Source: Candidatus Latescibacterota bacterium
Lineage (GTDB): Bacteria; Latescibacterota; UBA2968; GCA-2709665
Length of the DNA: 64,000 nt
Assembly: GCA_965219995.1 (NCBI GenBank)
Contig: CBDCOX010000002.1
Coordinates: 1,632,001 to 1,696,000, forward strand
Reading direction: 5' to 3'
Shown: piece by piece, positions 46,778-56,618 of the stretch
How positions within the stretch are numbered: position 1 is the first letter of the stretch
How the letters are laid out: each line of letters opens with the position of its first letter
The notes under the pieces: generated by a model
The model's input: the letters and a program-made list of their open reading frames with translations, nothing else
Databases searched by the model: none
Told to the model about the DNA's origin: nothing
Translations under genes and position numbers: made by a program

Positions 46778-47728
46778 CTATATCCGCAGGAAGGACTCCG
46801 GGTTGTCCCAGTGACCTTTCTCGTACTGAAATTTCCGGGTCTTGTCGACCAGCACCTGCCCGTCTTCGGCAAGCACGATACGCGCCCGTTCAAGGGGGCG
46901 CGGCGCCGGCCCCTCGAAGTTGATGCCCGACATGTAAAAACCGCTGCCGTGACACGGACATTTGAATTTCTGTTCGTTACCCAGCCAGTTGGGCGTACAT
47001 CCCAGATGCGTGCACACCGAAATGAGCGCGAACATATCCTGCGTGGACTTGACGATCCAGACGCTGAACTTGTCCTTCCAGCGTTCGTCCACGCCCAGAT
47101 CGTAATCTTCCGCGAATCCGATCTTGAAAGACTGGGGCGGTTCAAACAGCACGTTCGGGAACAGAAAGCGCCCGAAACCCAGAAGCCCGGCTGCCGACGC
47201 GGCCGCAAAGGACGCCCAGGCCAGGGTCAGCCAGGTGAAGAACCCGCGGCGGGTGGTCATGCCGCCTTCCGCGACGGATTGCGTTCTCTCGGGACCGGGG
47301 CGGATTGCGGGTGGCGCCGGAGACGTCTGAACGATCACACGCTCCTCGACGGGCTCGTCGGTTTTCTGCGTCAACGCGCGAGCGGCGGCGGCCCGGTCCG
47401 CGGTGGACGCGGCTTTCCTGGCCGGCGCGCCGGACGGCGCCGGTTTTGCGCCGCCGCGAGCCTTGCGCATCAGTTCCGCCTTGGCCTTTGCGCGGGCAAC
47501 GCGGTCCTGGATCTCGTCCAGCGATGAAAGATCCACCTCGGCGGCGGCGGATTCGCCTCCCGATTCCTCCGGGGCCTTCGCGGCAGCCTCGACTGCCGGC
47601 GTCTCCCCGGACGCATCTCCCGCGGCGGCCTCCCGGGCCTTTCGGAGCGCTTCCGCTTTGGCCTTGGCCCTGGCCACCCGGTCCGGAATCTCGTCAAATT
47701 CCGAAAGATCGATTTTTTCGTCCGACAT
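46778..47728 (-). CDS. Rieske 2Fe-2S protein with a ~155-aa N-terminal extension
   Basis: CTHLGC, CPCHGS and GPAPRPL motifs. The Tat-like TTRRGFF plus TM helix lies internally at about residue 160. Confidence 0.95.
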   Translation of the reverse strand: MSDEKIDLSEFDEIPDRVARAKAKAEALRKAREAAAGDASGETPAVEAAAKAPEESGGESAAAEVDLSSLDEIQDRVARAKAKAELMRKARGGAKPAPSGAPARKAASTADRAAAARALTQKTDEPVEERVIVQTSPAPPAIRPGPERTQSVAEGGMTTRRGFFTWLTLAWASFAAASAAGLLGFGRFLFPNVLFEPPQSFKIGFAEDYDLGVDERWKDKFSVWIVKSTQDMFALISVCTHLGCTPNWLGNEQKFKCPCHGSGFYMSGINFEGPAPRPLERARIVLAEDGQVLVDKTRKFQYEKGHWDNPESFLRI

Positions 47729-47850
47729 GGTATTCTCCGGAAACCGAGCGGGCAGCTTTTGGAGCGGAAATCTCAGACCTGAATTATATATGATATAAGT
47801 TTATAAAATACCGGAAATTGCATCGTTTACGGCCTGAAATACACCGGGCC

Positions 47851-47879
47851 AATATATCCAAACCACCCCGGAATGTCAA
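47851..47879 (-). promoter_or_regulatory. Sigma70-type promoter for the respiratory operon
   Basis: TTGACA-17 nt-TATATT. Confidence 0.7.
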
Positions 47880-47917
47880 GCGGGATTTTCTGCAGATTCG
47901 CACCTCCCGGGTGCCAG

Positions 47918-47960
47918 AAAAAAAGGGATCCGACAGGCGCCCTCGCGGGCCGGATCCCTT
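47918..47960 (-). terminator. Intrinsic terminator after the HEAT-repeat gene
   Basis: AAGGGATCCG...CGGATCCCTT stem followed by a T-run on the minus strand. Confidence 0.7.
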
Positions 47961-47986
47961 GCCGAAATTCCATCGGTTCAACCCGT

Positions 47987-48895
47987 TCATTTCCCCTCCC
48001 ATCCATTCATAACCTCGATGGCGGCCTGCCGGACCCGCAAGTCCGGGTCCTGACTACGCAGCCGCTGCAGCGCGGGGGCCAGAGACGTCGCGTTGAGCAT
48101 GCCCACGGCCCTGATCGCTTCGACCAGGATATTCCGACGACCCTCTCCGCTTATCCTTTCGAAACCATTCAGATACCCCGGGCTCAGCATCTCCCCCAGC
48201 ACCTCCAGACCCGCGCTGTTACCTGCGGAAGCCAGTTGCAGGGCGGCGTTCCAGCGAACATCGGGAGCCCGGTCGTGAAGCGCCTGTTCGAGTGCCTGCG
48301 GCACCCGCGGATCATCGAAATTGCCCAGCGCGAATACCGCGGCCTTGCGCAATCCGGCATCGTCGCCTGACGCGATCCTGATAAGATGCGGGACGGCCAT
48401 GGGGTCTGCCTGCGCCCGGAGCGAGAACATCGCGTTGATCCGGGTTTCGTCGTCCGGGTCATCCAGCGCGGAAATCAGAACGCCGACGAGTTCGGGATCC
48501 CGCACCCTTCCCATCGCCGCGGCCAGAAAGCGCCTCACGCGCGGGTCGTCCGAACGGGAAGCTTCGAACACCCGGATCAACTCCCCGACGAACCTGCGAC
48601 CGATCCGTCCTTCCCGCTGTTCCCGGTCGAGTACCGTGGCCAGTTCATAGGCCGCCTGCCACCGGCTGTTGATGCCGCCCACGCGAATGGTATTGAGATA
48701 GTCCTCCGCGGTCTTTCTTTCGGCCGTCAACAACCCCAATCCCAGGTATATCGCAAGCGCCACGAGGATGATCGCCACCGGAAAAATGACGAACTGCGAC
48801 ACGAGCCTTGCCCGTGAGACGTCCGCGTCGGAAACCGGAGCGGTGGCGTCTTCGGCGATTTTTCTGAGTTCCTCTTCGGGAGTCGGTTCGTTCAT
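47987..48895 (-). CDS. Membrane-anchored HEAT-repeat protein
   Basis: One TM helix followed by DPRVR, DDETR, DAGLRKAA, APDVRWNAA and DPDLRVRQAA repeats. Confidence 0.85.
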   Translation of the reverse strand: MNEPTPEEELRKIAEDATAPVSDADVSRARLVSQFVIFPVAIILVALAIYLGLGLLTAERKTAEDYLNTIRVGGINSRWQAAYELATVLDREQREGRIGRRFVGELIRVFEASRSDDPRVRRFLAAAMGRVRDPELVGVLISALDDPDDETRINAMFSLRAQADPMAVPHLIRIASGDDAGLRKAAVFALGNFDDPRVPQALEQALHDRAPDVRWNAALQLASAGNSAGLEVLGEMLSPGYLNGFERISGEGRRNILVEAIRAVGMLNATSLAPALQRLRSQDPDLRVRQAAIEVMNGWEGK

Positions 48896-48964
48896 TTCAC
48901 AGCCTCTGCCAGGAAAAACTGCAATTGCCACCCACCGGGTGGACGCGCGAATACGCGCGGTCCA

Positions 48965-48994
48965 AATATATACAGCGCCGGCACGCGCTGTCAA
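48965..48994 (-). promoter_or_regulatory. Putative promoter of the HEAT-repeat gene
   Basis: TTGACA-18 nt-TATATT. Confidence 0.5.
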
Positions 48995-49039
48995 GATTTT
49001 GGTCCCCGCGAAGTTTGCCCGGCCCCTAACCCTTCCTCC

Positions 49040-49068
49040 TTGACAACCCCCGTCAAAGAGGTTATTTT
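49040..49068 (+). promoter_or_regulatory. Putative promoter of the ferredoxin gene
   Basis: TTGACA-17 nt-TATTTT. The -35 overlaps the palindrome TTGAC-N7-GTCAA. Confidence 0.5.
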
Positions 49069-49125
49069 ATTCCCAGACGACTCAGACTGCATCGGGAATT
49101 TCCGAACACAGGAGATCACAATCCA

Positions 49126-49857
49126 GTGAACGTCGACCTTACACAGTTTGACGGCATCACCGACCGGGTTGCGCGCGCCAGGGCCAAAGCCGAGGCCATG
49201 CGGAACGCAAAACAGGGCGGCGGCGACGCGGAATCCGTCCCCGACCCGGCCGAGGCCGAACTGGAAGCTTCGGCCGCACCCGCGGAAGCCGAACAGGAAC
49301 CCGCCGGACTTGCCATTCTCGAATTCAGGCCCGGCATCCACTTCAAACTGGACGGGCGGGCCGGACGGACGGTGGGCATTCGATACGACCTGGTCAGTTT
49401 CGTGTACGACGACGACCCCGACCAACTCGTTACCGCGGACCGATACCGCCTCAGCCACGCCCACGCCGAAGGCACGCTGGTTTTCGCGCCGAAGTCGGAG
49501 GTCTACAGACCGGAGCGCGTCGCGAAGAAAGAACGCGTCGACTTCCACGAACACCTGTGGCTCGAGTCCCGCTCCGGCATGACGGCCAAGAAGAAACGGC
49601 CGCGGCATATTGCCATTATCAACCCGGACTATTGCACCGGCTGCAATGCCTGTATCGAAGTCTGCCCGACCGACTGTATCGAGGAAGTGGACGTGGCCGA
49701 CGCAGGCCTCGACGGCATCGGCACATTCTGTGAAGTCCGCCTCGAAGACTGCATCGGATGTATCCAGTGCGTGCACATCTGCCCATGGGAAGCCATCGAA
49801 ATGGTAGACACGCCGCGGGTTGAAGAAGCATACGGTATTCCCGTGGGGACGCTGTAG
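49126..49857 (+). CDS. 2x[4Fe-4S] ferredoxin with an N-terminal peptide shared with the Rieske protein
   Basis: CTGCNACIEVCP and CIGCIQCVHICP motifs. N-terminus VDLTQFDGITDRVARARAKAEAMR; AGGAG RBS. Confidence 0.88.
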   Translation: MNVDLTQFDGITDRVARARAKAEAMRNAKQGGGDAESVPDPAEAELEASAAPAEAEQEPAGLAILEFRPGIHFKLDGRAGRTVGIRYDLVSFVYDDDPDQLVTADRYRLSHAHAEGTLVFAPKSEVYRPERVAKKERVDFHEHLWLESRSGMTAKKKRPRHIAIINPDYCTGCNACIEVCPTDCIEEVDVADAGLDGIGTFCEVRLEDCIGCIQCVHICPWEAIEMVDTPRVEEAYGIPVGTL

Positions 49858-49884
49858 AACGATATTCACAAGAGATCAAATGAA

Positions 49885-49920
49885 GAGAGCGTCGGCCGGA
49901 CCCGGGCGACGCTCTTTTAC
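49885..49920 (+). terminator. Hairpin terminator between convergent genes
   Basis: AGAGCGTCG...CGACGCTCT followed by TTT. Confidence 0.7.
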
Positions 49921-49957
49921 TTTGGCTGGAATCTCTAACGGCGAACACCGCGGCCTG

Positions 49958-50926
49958 TCAACTGACGCCTGACGTCAGCGCCTGGGAAACGCATGCCATG
50001 TCCGGAGGCGGGTCCGCGCGGAATTCCAGTGCGTTGCTCGTGACCGGATGGTTGAAACCGAGCACGCCGGCATGCAGCATCTGCCGATTCGCCAGATCCA
50101 GGACGGTCCTGGCCGCGTTCCGCAGCGGCGGCGCGATCCCCCGAATCCGTTTCGCGCCGCCTCCGTAGGCGGTATCTCCGAATACCGGATGGCCGATATG
50201 GGCGAGATGCACGCGAATCTGATGCGTTCTGCCCGTCTCCAGCCTCAATCCCAGCGTCGACGCGAACCCGTGGAACGCCTTTACCTCGTACCGGGTGGCG
50301 GCAGCGCGCCCACCGGTGTCCACCACGGCCATGCGCCTGCGGTCTTCAGGGCTCCTGCCGATGGCCTCCTCGATGCGGCCGCGCTCCGCCCGGGGTTGGC
50401 CCCAGACAATGGCGGTATATCGTCTGGTTACCGTACGCGCCTCCAACTGCCCTGCCAGCCCCCGGTGGGCGGCGTCGTTCTTGGCCACCATCAGCAGACC
50501 CGACGTCTCTCTGTCCAGCCGGTGAACGATTCCGGGTCGCAGAACGCCGTTGATCCCTGAGAGACCGTCGCAATGGGCAAGGAGGCCGTTCACCAGAGTT
50601 CCGGATCGCATGCCGCCCGTGGGGTGCACGACCATGCCCGCAGGCTTGTTGACGACCAGCAGGTGCGCGTCTTCAAACAGGACGTCCAGAGGAATCTCCT
50701 CCGGATCGACTGTGGACGGCCGGGCGGCAGGCAGACAGACGGCGATCCTTTGTCCAGCCGAAACCCTGTAGCTTGATCGAACCGGTTTTCCCGCGACCAG
50801 CACATCCCCCGAGGCAATCAGCGCCTGGATCCGGGACCGGGAGAGCGGTTCGCACATGGCCGCCAGCAGGCGGTCCAGCCGGTTGCCCGCGTGTTCCGGA
50901 AGGACGGCAACGTCAATCTTCGTCAT
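49958..50926 (-). CDS. rluD: RluA/RluD pseudouridine synthase
   Basis: S4 domain RLD...SRSRIQ, and VNKPAGMVVHP, HRLDRETSG, TGRTHQIRVH motifs. Confidence 0.93.
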   Translation of the reverse strand: MTKIDVAVLPEHAGNRLDRLLAAMCEPLSRSRIQALIASGDVLVAGKPVRSSYRVSAGQRIAVCLPAARPSTVDPEEIPLDVLFEDAHLLVVNKPAGMVVHPTGGMRSGTLVNGLLAHCDGLSGINGVLRPGIVHRLDRETSGLLMVAKNDAAHRGLAGQLEARTVTRRYTAIVWGQPRAERGRIEEAIGRSPEDRRRMAVVDTGGRAAATRYEVKAFHGFASTLGLRLETGRTHQIRVHLAHIGHPVFGDTAYGGGAKRIRGIAPPLRNAARTVLDLANRQMLHAGVLGFNHPVTSNALEFRADPPPDMACVSQALTSGVS

Positions 50927-51377
50927 CCTTTCCGCCCTTCAGAAGACCGCAGCCCAGTATCAACAGGCCGGCCCCCACCGTGACGGATGCGTCGGCGACG
51001 TTGAACACCCACCAGCGAAGGGATCCGAGTCCGAAATCAAGAAAATCGACCACGGCGCCGAAACGGACCCGGTCGATGACGTTGCCGACGGCGCCGCCCA
51101 GCACAAGCGCCAGGCCGGCCGACGCCACCCGTTCCCCCGGCGGCAGCCGGAGCCACATCACCGCGACCATGATCAATGCCACGCCGGCGAAGACCAGATG
51201 TGCAACGTTCCCGCCCAGCCTCAATCCGAACACGGCGCCGGGATTGTGTATATAGGTCAACCTGAAGAATGAGCCCAGCACGGGAATCGACTCGCCGAGG
51301 AACATCGATTCCATCACCATCCGCTTTGACACCTGGTCGAGGAAAACGACAACACCGGAAATCCAGAGGCTCCGCAC
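50913..51377 (-). CDS. lspA: Lipoprotein signal peptidase
   Basis: DQVSK, NPGAVFG, GGAVGNVIDR, VVDFLD and FNVAD motifs. Confidence 0.95.
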   Translation of the reverse strand: MRSLWISGVVVFLDQVSKRMVMESMFLGESIPVLGSFFRLTYIHNPGAVFGLRLGGNVAHLVFAGVALIMVAVMWLRLPPGERVASAGLALVLGGAVGNVIDRVRFGAVVDFLDFGLGSLRWWVFNVADASVTVGAGLLILGCGLLKGGKDDED

Positions 51378-51436
51378 ATCGCCCCCAATGGTGACGAATC
51401 GAACGCGCCCGGTCCTGCAACGGGCCGGCGGACGAA

Positions 51437-51820
51437 TTATGAAGATCGAAAACCCTGCCGATGTTCGCCTTCCTTGCAGGGAACGCACAGGCGGGTTGTG
51501 GGTACGGCCTCCAGACGCGCTTTCGGGATCGCTTTGGTGCACAGCCTGCATGCTCCGAACGTCCCGGCCTTTATGCGCTGAAGCGCGTCCTCCACCTGGG
51601 TCAGGTAGGCTCCGTCCCGAGACGCGAACAGGAACGCCTTTTCCCGTTCGATGGAGTCGCTGCCCAGCTCCGGCATATGATCCGAGTATATCTGTCCGCC
51701 GGATGCCTCCTCGGACGTCGCATGCATGGACCTCTGTTCCAGCATCCCCAGATCCTGAACGATGGACAACCGCTTTTTTTCCAGGATCTCCCGGAAGTAT
51801 TCCAGATCTTTATCGGTCAT
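51437..51820 (-). CDS. DksA/TraR C4 zinc-finger protein
   Basis: ALQRI..GTFGACRLC...I...RLEAVP...LCVPC. Confidence 0.88.
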   Translation of the reverse strand: MTDKDLEYFREILEKKRLSIVQDLGMLEQRSMHATSEEASGGQIYSDHMPELGSDSIEREKAFLFASRDGAYLTQVEDALQRIKAGTFGACRLCTKAIPKARLEAVPTTRLCVPCKEGEHRQGFRSS

Positions 51821-51917
51821 CGGCCTCTCCGACTGTCAATTCCAGTTGTGCGCACCCGCAGGATGCCGCAGTCCTCGCGCGTCCGTGATGTCCGGACCGA
51901 ATATCGCCACATAACGT

Positions 51918-54900
51918 TCAATTGCGCAAAATGCCGATTGTGCCGCGCAATCCGTTCACCTGCCACTCCCGCTTGAACTGGCAGGAATCCGGCAGTTGGC
52001 CCACCAGCAATTCCTCGGCAAGCGTCTCCCCGCCGACGTACGCCCGGTAGCGGGCGACCGCACGCTCAAGACGGCCTTCTCCCGAAACCCCCACCCGGAT
52101 GCGGTCGACGACGTTCAATCCCATCTCCTTCCGCATGTTCTGAACGCGGTTGACGAATTCACGCGCGGTGCACTCTTCGATCAGTTCCTCGTCGAGATGC
52201 ACGTCCAGCCCCACGCACAGGTTGTTCTCAACGGCAACGACCACGTCGTCTTTCTTCCGCCGCTGGATTTCCAGGTCTTCGAGAGCGATTTCGCCCCCAG
52301 CCACCGCCAGCGTCTCCCCCGTCTGCAGGCGTTCGACCTCGCGGGGCGCCAACCCGGCGATCCGTCCGGTCACTTCCTTCATGCGTTTCCCGAAACGCGG
52401 ACCGAGCGCCCTGAAATTGGGTCTGTAGGTAATTTCGCTCAACTCGGTCTCATCCTCGACAAACACGATCTCTTTGATATTCAGTTCCTCTGCGATCATT
52501 CCCTGCATCGACGCCAGCGCGTCGCGCCCGGCGGCATCGGGCGGCAGCACGTAGACCCGTCGCAGCGGTTGGCGGACCTTCAGGTCGTGACGGCTGCGAA
52601 GCGACCGGCCGAGGGCGACCGCGCGCATTGCCAGATGCATCTGCGCCTCGAGTTCGGGATCGCGCAACGACTCATCCGCTTGGGGCATTTCGCACAAGTG
52701 CACACTCTCCGGCGCTTGCGGGTACACTCTTCTCACCAGATTCTGATAGATATGCTCGGTTATGAACGGCAATACAGGCGCCATGGCCTTGACCAGCACG
52801 ACCAACACCTCGTAGAGCGTCTCGTAAACCGCCGCCTTGTCCTCGTCGTCTTCCGACTTCCAGAAGCGGCGGCGGCTGCGGCGGATGTACCAGTTCGTCA
52901 GCTTTTCCACGAACGAAACCATGACCGGCACGGTCCTGTACAAGCGGTAAGCGGACATTTCCGCGTTCATGTCGTGGAGCAAGGTCTGCAATTCCGACAG
53001 GATCCAGCGGTCCAGTTCGCGTGCGGGCGTGGACCCGGTCGACGAGGCCGGCGTCCAGCCGTCGATATTTGCATAGGTGACGAAAATTCCGCCGTACGCG
53101 TTCCACAGCGGGATAATGACCGACCTGAGGCTCTCCTGAATGCCCCGCTCGCTGATTCTCAGTTCCTCGGCCTTGAGCGCCGGGGAGTTGAGGAGATACA
53201 ACCTCAGCGCGTCCGCGCCGTACGCATCCAGCATTTCGGTGGGTTCCGGATAGTTCTTCAGCCGCTTGCTCATCTTGCGTCCGTCCTCAGCCAGCAGCAT
53301 CCCGGAAACAATGCAATTCCTGAACGCCGGTTCCTCAAACAGCGCGGCGGCGAGAACCGTCAGCGTATAAAACCAGCCGCGGGTCTGGTCCAGCCCTTCC
53401 GAAATGAAATCTGCCGGGAAATTCGCATCGAAAAACGTCCGGTTCGCGAACGGATAGTGTGTCTGGGCGTAGGGCATGGATCCGGACTCGAACCAGCAAT
53501 CCAGCACCTCGGGCACGCGTTTCAACACGCCCCTCCCGGTGGGGCTGGGAATTTCGATATGGTCGATCAGGTGCTTGTGCAGATCCTCCACCTTGCGGCC
53601 GCTCAAGCGCTCCAGTTCTTCCCGGCTTCCGAGACAGACCGTCTCCTTCGTCTCCTCATTGCGCCAGACGGGTAACGGCGTGCCCCAGTACCGGTTCCGG
53701 CTGATCGCCCAATCGCGCGCATCCTCAAGCCATCGTCCGAACCGCCCGTTCTTGATGTGCTCCGGCACCCAGCGGATCCGCTGATTGGCGGCGATCATCT
53801 TCTCCTTGATCGGCCCGATGGAAACAAACCACGTTGAAATCGCGCGATAAATCAGCGGGGAATCGCACCGCCAGCAATACGGGTAACTGTGTACCAGCGT
53901 TCCGTCGGAAAACAGCAATTCACTCTTTCTCAGCTGCCGCACAATATCGCGGTCGACATCCTTTACGAAACGTCCCGCATAGTCCGGGACTTCGCCGGTA
54001 AACGCGCAGTCTTCGTCGATCGGGCACACGACCGGGATGCCCTTTTCAACGCCCAACTGATAGTCGTCTTCGCCGAAACCCGGGGCGACATGGACAATTC
54101 CGGTGCCGTCGTCGGTGGACACGAAATCGGCCGCAACCACGCGAAACGCGCCCTCGTCTCCCAGATCCGCAAAATAGGGGAACAACGGCTCGTAGCACAT
54201 CTCCAGCAACCCTTCCGTCGGCTCCGGCTCCGCCCGTACCACTTCTCCATTTCGCCTGCCGAACACGGCATCGAAACGCGGCTCCGCAAGGATCAACTGC
54301 TCTCCGTTCTCCATGTGGACGCGCACGTACCGGATATCCTCCCCCACCGCGAGCGCCATGTTTGAAGGCAGCGTCCACGGGGTGGTTGTCCAGGCCAGAA
54401 TCGACGTATTCGCCTGTCCTCGCACACGGAACCGCACCGTAATCGAAGGATCCTGGGTGTCCCGGTAACCCCCCAGGTTCACCTCGAAATTCGAAAGCGG
54501 CGTGGCGCACCTTGGACAATAGGCGAGCGAATAGTACCCCTCGTAGACCAGGTCCTTCTCCCACAGGCTCTTGAACACCCACCACACCGACTCCATGAAA
54601 TCCGGATCCATCGTCCTGTACTGGTGGTCCCAGTCCACCCACCGTCCGCATCGCTGGATGACCTGCTTCCACTCCGCCGTATATTGAAGCACCTGTTCAC
54701 GGCAGAACTCGTTGAACCGGTCCACTCCGAATGCAAGGATGTCTTTCCGGGACTTCAGGCCCAACTGCTTCTCGGCCTCGTTTTCGACCGGCAGACCGTG
54801 GCAATCCCATCCGAAACGCCGGTCCACGCGGTATCCGCGCATCGTCCAGTACCGTGGTACGACGTCCTTGATGATGGAAGCCAGCAGATGACCGTAGTGC

Positions 54901-55097
54901 GGAAGCCCGCTGGCGAAGGGCGGTCCGTCATTGAAAACGAACGCGCTGGATGCCGGGCGGGTCGCCACCGACTTCGCAAACGTCCGGTTCTTCTCCCAGA
55001 AACGAAGGACTTCCCGCTCCATTTCAGGAAAGTTCATCCTGCCGGAAACATCCGCGAATCCCTTGCCTGACTGCTCTAACGCCGCCATGGGGGTCAT
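51918..55097 (-). CDS. ileS: Isoleucyl-tRNA synthetase (type 2)
   Basis: DGPPFASGLPHYGH, GWDCHGLP, WTTTPWTLPSN, EGLDQTRGWF and KMSKR motifs; no C-terminal Zn finger. Confidence 0.97.
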   Translation of the reverse strand: MTPMAALEQSGKGFADVSGRMNFPEMEREVLRFWEKNRTFAKSVATRPASSAFVFNDGPPFASGLPHYGHLLASIIKDVVPRYWTMRGYRVDRRFGWDCHGLPVENEAEKQLGLKSRKDILAFGVDRFNEFCREQVLQYTAEWKQVIQRCGRWVDWDHQYRTMDPDFMESVWWVFKSLWEKDLVYEGYYSLAYCPRCATPLSNFEVNLGGYRDTQDPSITVRFRVRGQANTSILAWTTTPWTLPSNMALAVGEDIRYVRVHMENGEQLILAEPRFDAVFGRRNGEVVRAEPEPTEGLLEMCYEPLFPYFADLGDEGAFRVVAADFVSTDDGTGIVHVAPGFGEDDYQLGVEKGIPVVCPIDEDCAFTGEVPDYAGRFVKDVDRDIVRQLRKSELLFSDGTLVHSYPYCWRCDSPLIYRAISTWFVSIGPIKEKMIAANQRIRWVPEHIKNGRFGRWLEDARDWAISRNRYWGTPLPVWRNEETKETVCLGSREELERLSGRKVEDLHKHLIDHIEIPSPTGRGVLKRVPEVLDCWFESGSMPYAQTHYPFANRTFFDANFPADFISEGLDQTRGWFYTLTVLAAALFEEPAFRNCIVSGMLLAEDGRKMSKRLKNYPEPTEMLDAYGADALRLYLLNSPALKAEELRISERGIQESLRSVIIPLWNAYGGIFVTYANIDGWTPASSTGSTPARELDRWILSELQTLLHDMNAEMSAYRLYRTVPVMVSFVEKLTNWYIRRSRRRFWKSEDDEDKAAVYETLYEVLVVLVKAMAPVLPFITEHIYQNLVRRVYPQAPESVHLCEMPQADESLRDPELEAQMHLAMRAVALGRSLRSRHDLKVRQPLRRVYVLPPDAAGRDALASMQGMIAEELNIKEIVFVEDETELSEITYRPNFRALGPRFGKRMKEVTGRIAGLAPREVERLQTGETLAVAGGEIALEDLEIQRRKKDDVVVAVENNLCVGLDVHLDEELIEECTAREFVNRVQNMRKEMGLNVVDRIRVGVSGEGRLERAVARYRAYVGGETLAEELLVGQLPDSCQFKREWQVNGLRGTIGILRN

Positions 55098-55242
55098 TCC
55101 GTCAATTGGTGCGTCTGCAATCCTGTGGATATCGGCCGCTTCAACGGCCCGTCATTTCGGGTACCGCGACCGATCGGAACTCGTTCCCTTCCGTGCCGAA
55201 GGCCGGTTCAGCCGGTCTTGTCGCGCATCGGAATATCGGATA

Positions 55243-55713
55243 TCAACGAGTCGACCGACCGTTCACCATCGCGACAATCCGATTTTCGTTCTCCTTCAGC
55301 AGCGCCTTCTGCTCCGGCCACATCATCACCGGCAACCGATCGATCGGGAACCAGTCCACGACTTCGTGATGTTTCACGTCGGTGGGCACGACGTGCACCT
55401 GTTCGGTCCGGTAGAGGAAATAGTGCGTGGTCTTCCATTCCGTGCGACGATAATTCATCCGTGCCCGCACGCCGATCGACCGGATCAGCTCCATTTCGGT
55501 AAAACCCGCCTCCTCCTCGATCTCCCGTCTCGCGGCTTCCTCGACGGACTCGCCTCTGTCCACGTGCCCCTTGGGAAGCACATATTCCTCGTACGACTGT
55601 TCGCGAATCAGCGCCACCAGCACGCGACCGTCCGCCACCCTTGCAACCACGCCCCCCGCCGATACGGCTTCCGGGACGTCCTCGGGCCTCCTGTACCATC
55701 GCTCATCGATCAT
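55243..55713 (-). CDS. NUDIX hydrolase
   Basis: LPKGHVDRGESVEEAARREIEEEAG. Confidence 0.92.
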   Translation of the reverse strand: MIDERWYRRPEDVPEAVSAGGVVARVADGRVLVALIREQSYEEYVLPKGHVDRGESVEEAARREIEEEAGFTEMELIRSIGVRARMNYRRTEWKTTHYFLYRTEQVHVVPTDVKHHEVVDWFPIDRLPVMMWPEQKALLKENENRIVAMVNGRSTR

Positions 55714-56597
55714 TCGGACCCACCCAGATAACGTCCGTACAAGACACGCAGCCGTTGCCTCGCTTCATCGGGAATGGCGTCGGGCGCCGTGATGATCGCG
55801 TCCCGCGCCGCGTGCAGGCATTCGCAATCGGTCGTCTCCGGAAGCAGCCCGGAGATCTCTCTCACGACCGCATTGGCCGTCTGCGTATTGGCCTTCAGGA
55901 TCGCCAGAACGGACTCGATTTCGACGTCCCCTTCCTGCTCGTGCCAACAATCGTAATCCGTGCCCATGGAGAGCGCGGCATAACACATCTCGGCCTCGCG
56001 GGCAAGTTTGGCCTCGGGAAGCGCCGTCATTCCAATCACCGTGGCATCTGCGACCCGTCGGTAAAAGTGCGACTCCGCCCGGGTCGAAAACTGCGGCCCT
56101 TCCATGCAGATGTAGGTGCCGCCTTCGTGAACCACAGCGCCCCGGTTCCGCGCCGCCCGCACCACCAGGGAGCGCAGGTCCGCGCAGAACGGGTCTGCGA
56201 AGGCAACGTGTCCCACCACACCGTCGCCGAAAAACGTGGACGGCCGGATTCCCTTGGTACGGTCGAAAATCTGGTCCGGCACCACCATGTCCCCGGGCCT
56301 GATGTGTTCCTTCATGATTCCCACGGCGCCTACCGCGAGGACGTGGGTAATCTCCAGTTGTTTCAACGCATGGATATTGGCGCGGTATCTCACCTCGGAA
56401 GGCAGCAACCTGTGACCCCGCCCATGGCGGGGCAGAAACACGACCCTGCGTCCGTCGATATCCGTTTCCACCAGAAGATCGGACGGGCGTCCGAACGGCG
56501 TATCCACCTCATGTTCCCGCACCACCGTGACGCCATCCATCTCATAGAACCCGGATCCGCCGATCACACCCAGGCGCAGCGGGGTAGGCTTTGTCAT
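55710..56597 (-). CDS. mtnP: S-methyl-5'-thioadenosine phosphorylase
   Basis: GVIGGSG, TPFG.PS, LPRHG, EGPQFSTRAES, GMT..PEAKLARE and TDYDCW motifs. Confidence 0.93.
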   Translation of the reverse strand: MTKPTPLRLGVIGGSGFYEMDGVTVVREHEVDTPFGRPSDLLVETDIDGRRVVFLPRHGRGHRLLPSEVRYRANIHALKQLEITHVLAVGAVGIMKEHIRPGDMVVPDQIFDRTKGIRPSTFFGDGVVGHVAFADPFCADLRSLVVRAARNRGAVVHEGGTYICMEGPQFSTRAESHFYRRVADATVIGMTALPEAKLAREAEMCYAALSMGTDYDCWHEQEGDVEIESVLAILKANTQTANAVVREISGLLPETTDCECLHAARDAIITAPDAIPDEARQRLRVLYGRYLGGSE

Positions 56598-56618
56598 GGA
56601 ACCGCTCCGCTCCCGCTT

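Noticed and set aside
51996-53675. Long + strand ORFs (also 43113-44900, 2825-3814, 38573-39805, 55641-56903)
   Set aside because: These are antisense shadows of well-supported GC-rich genes and contain no recognisable motifs.
55098-55242. T-box riboswitch upstream of ileS
   Set aside because: No T-box consensus or terminator is visible and the leader is short.
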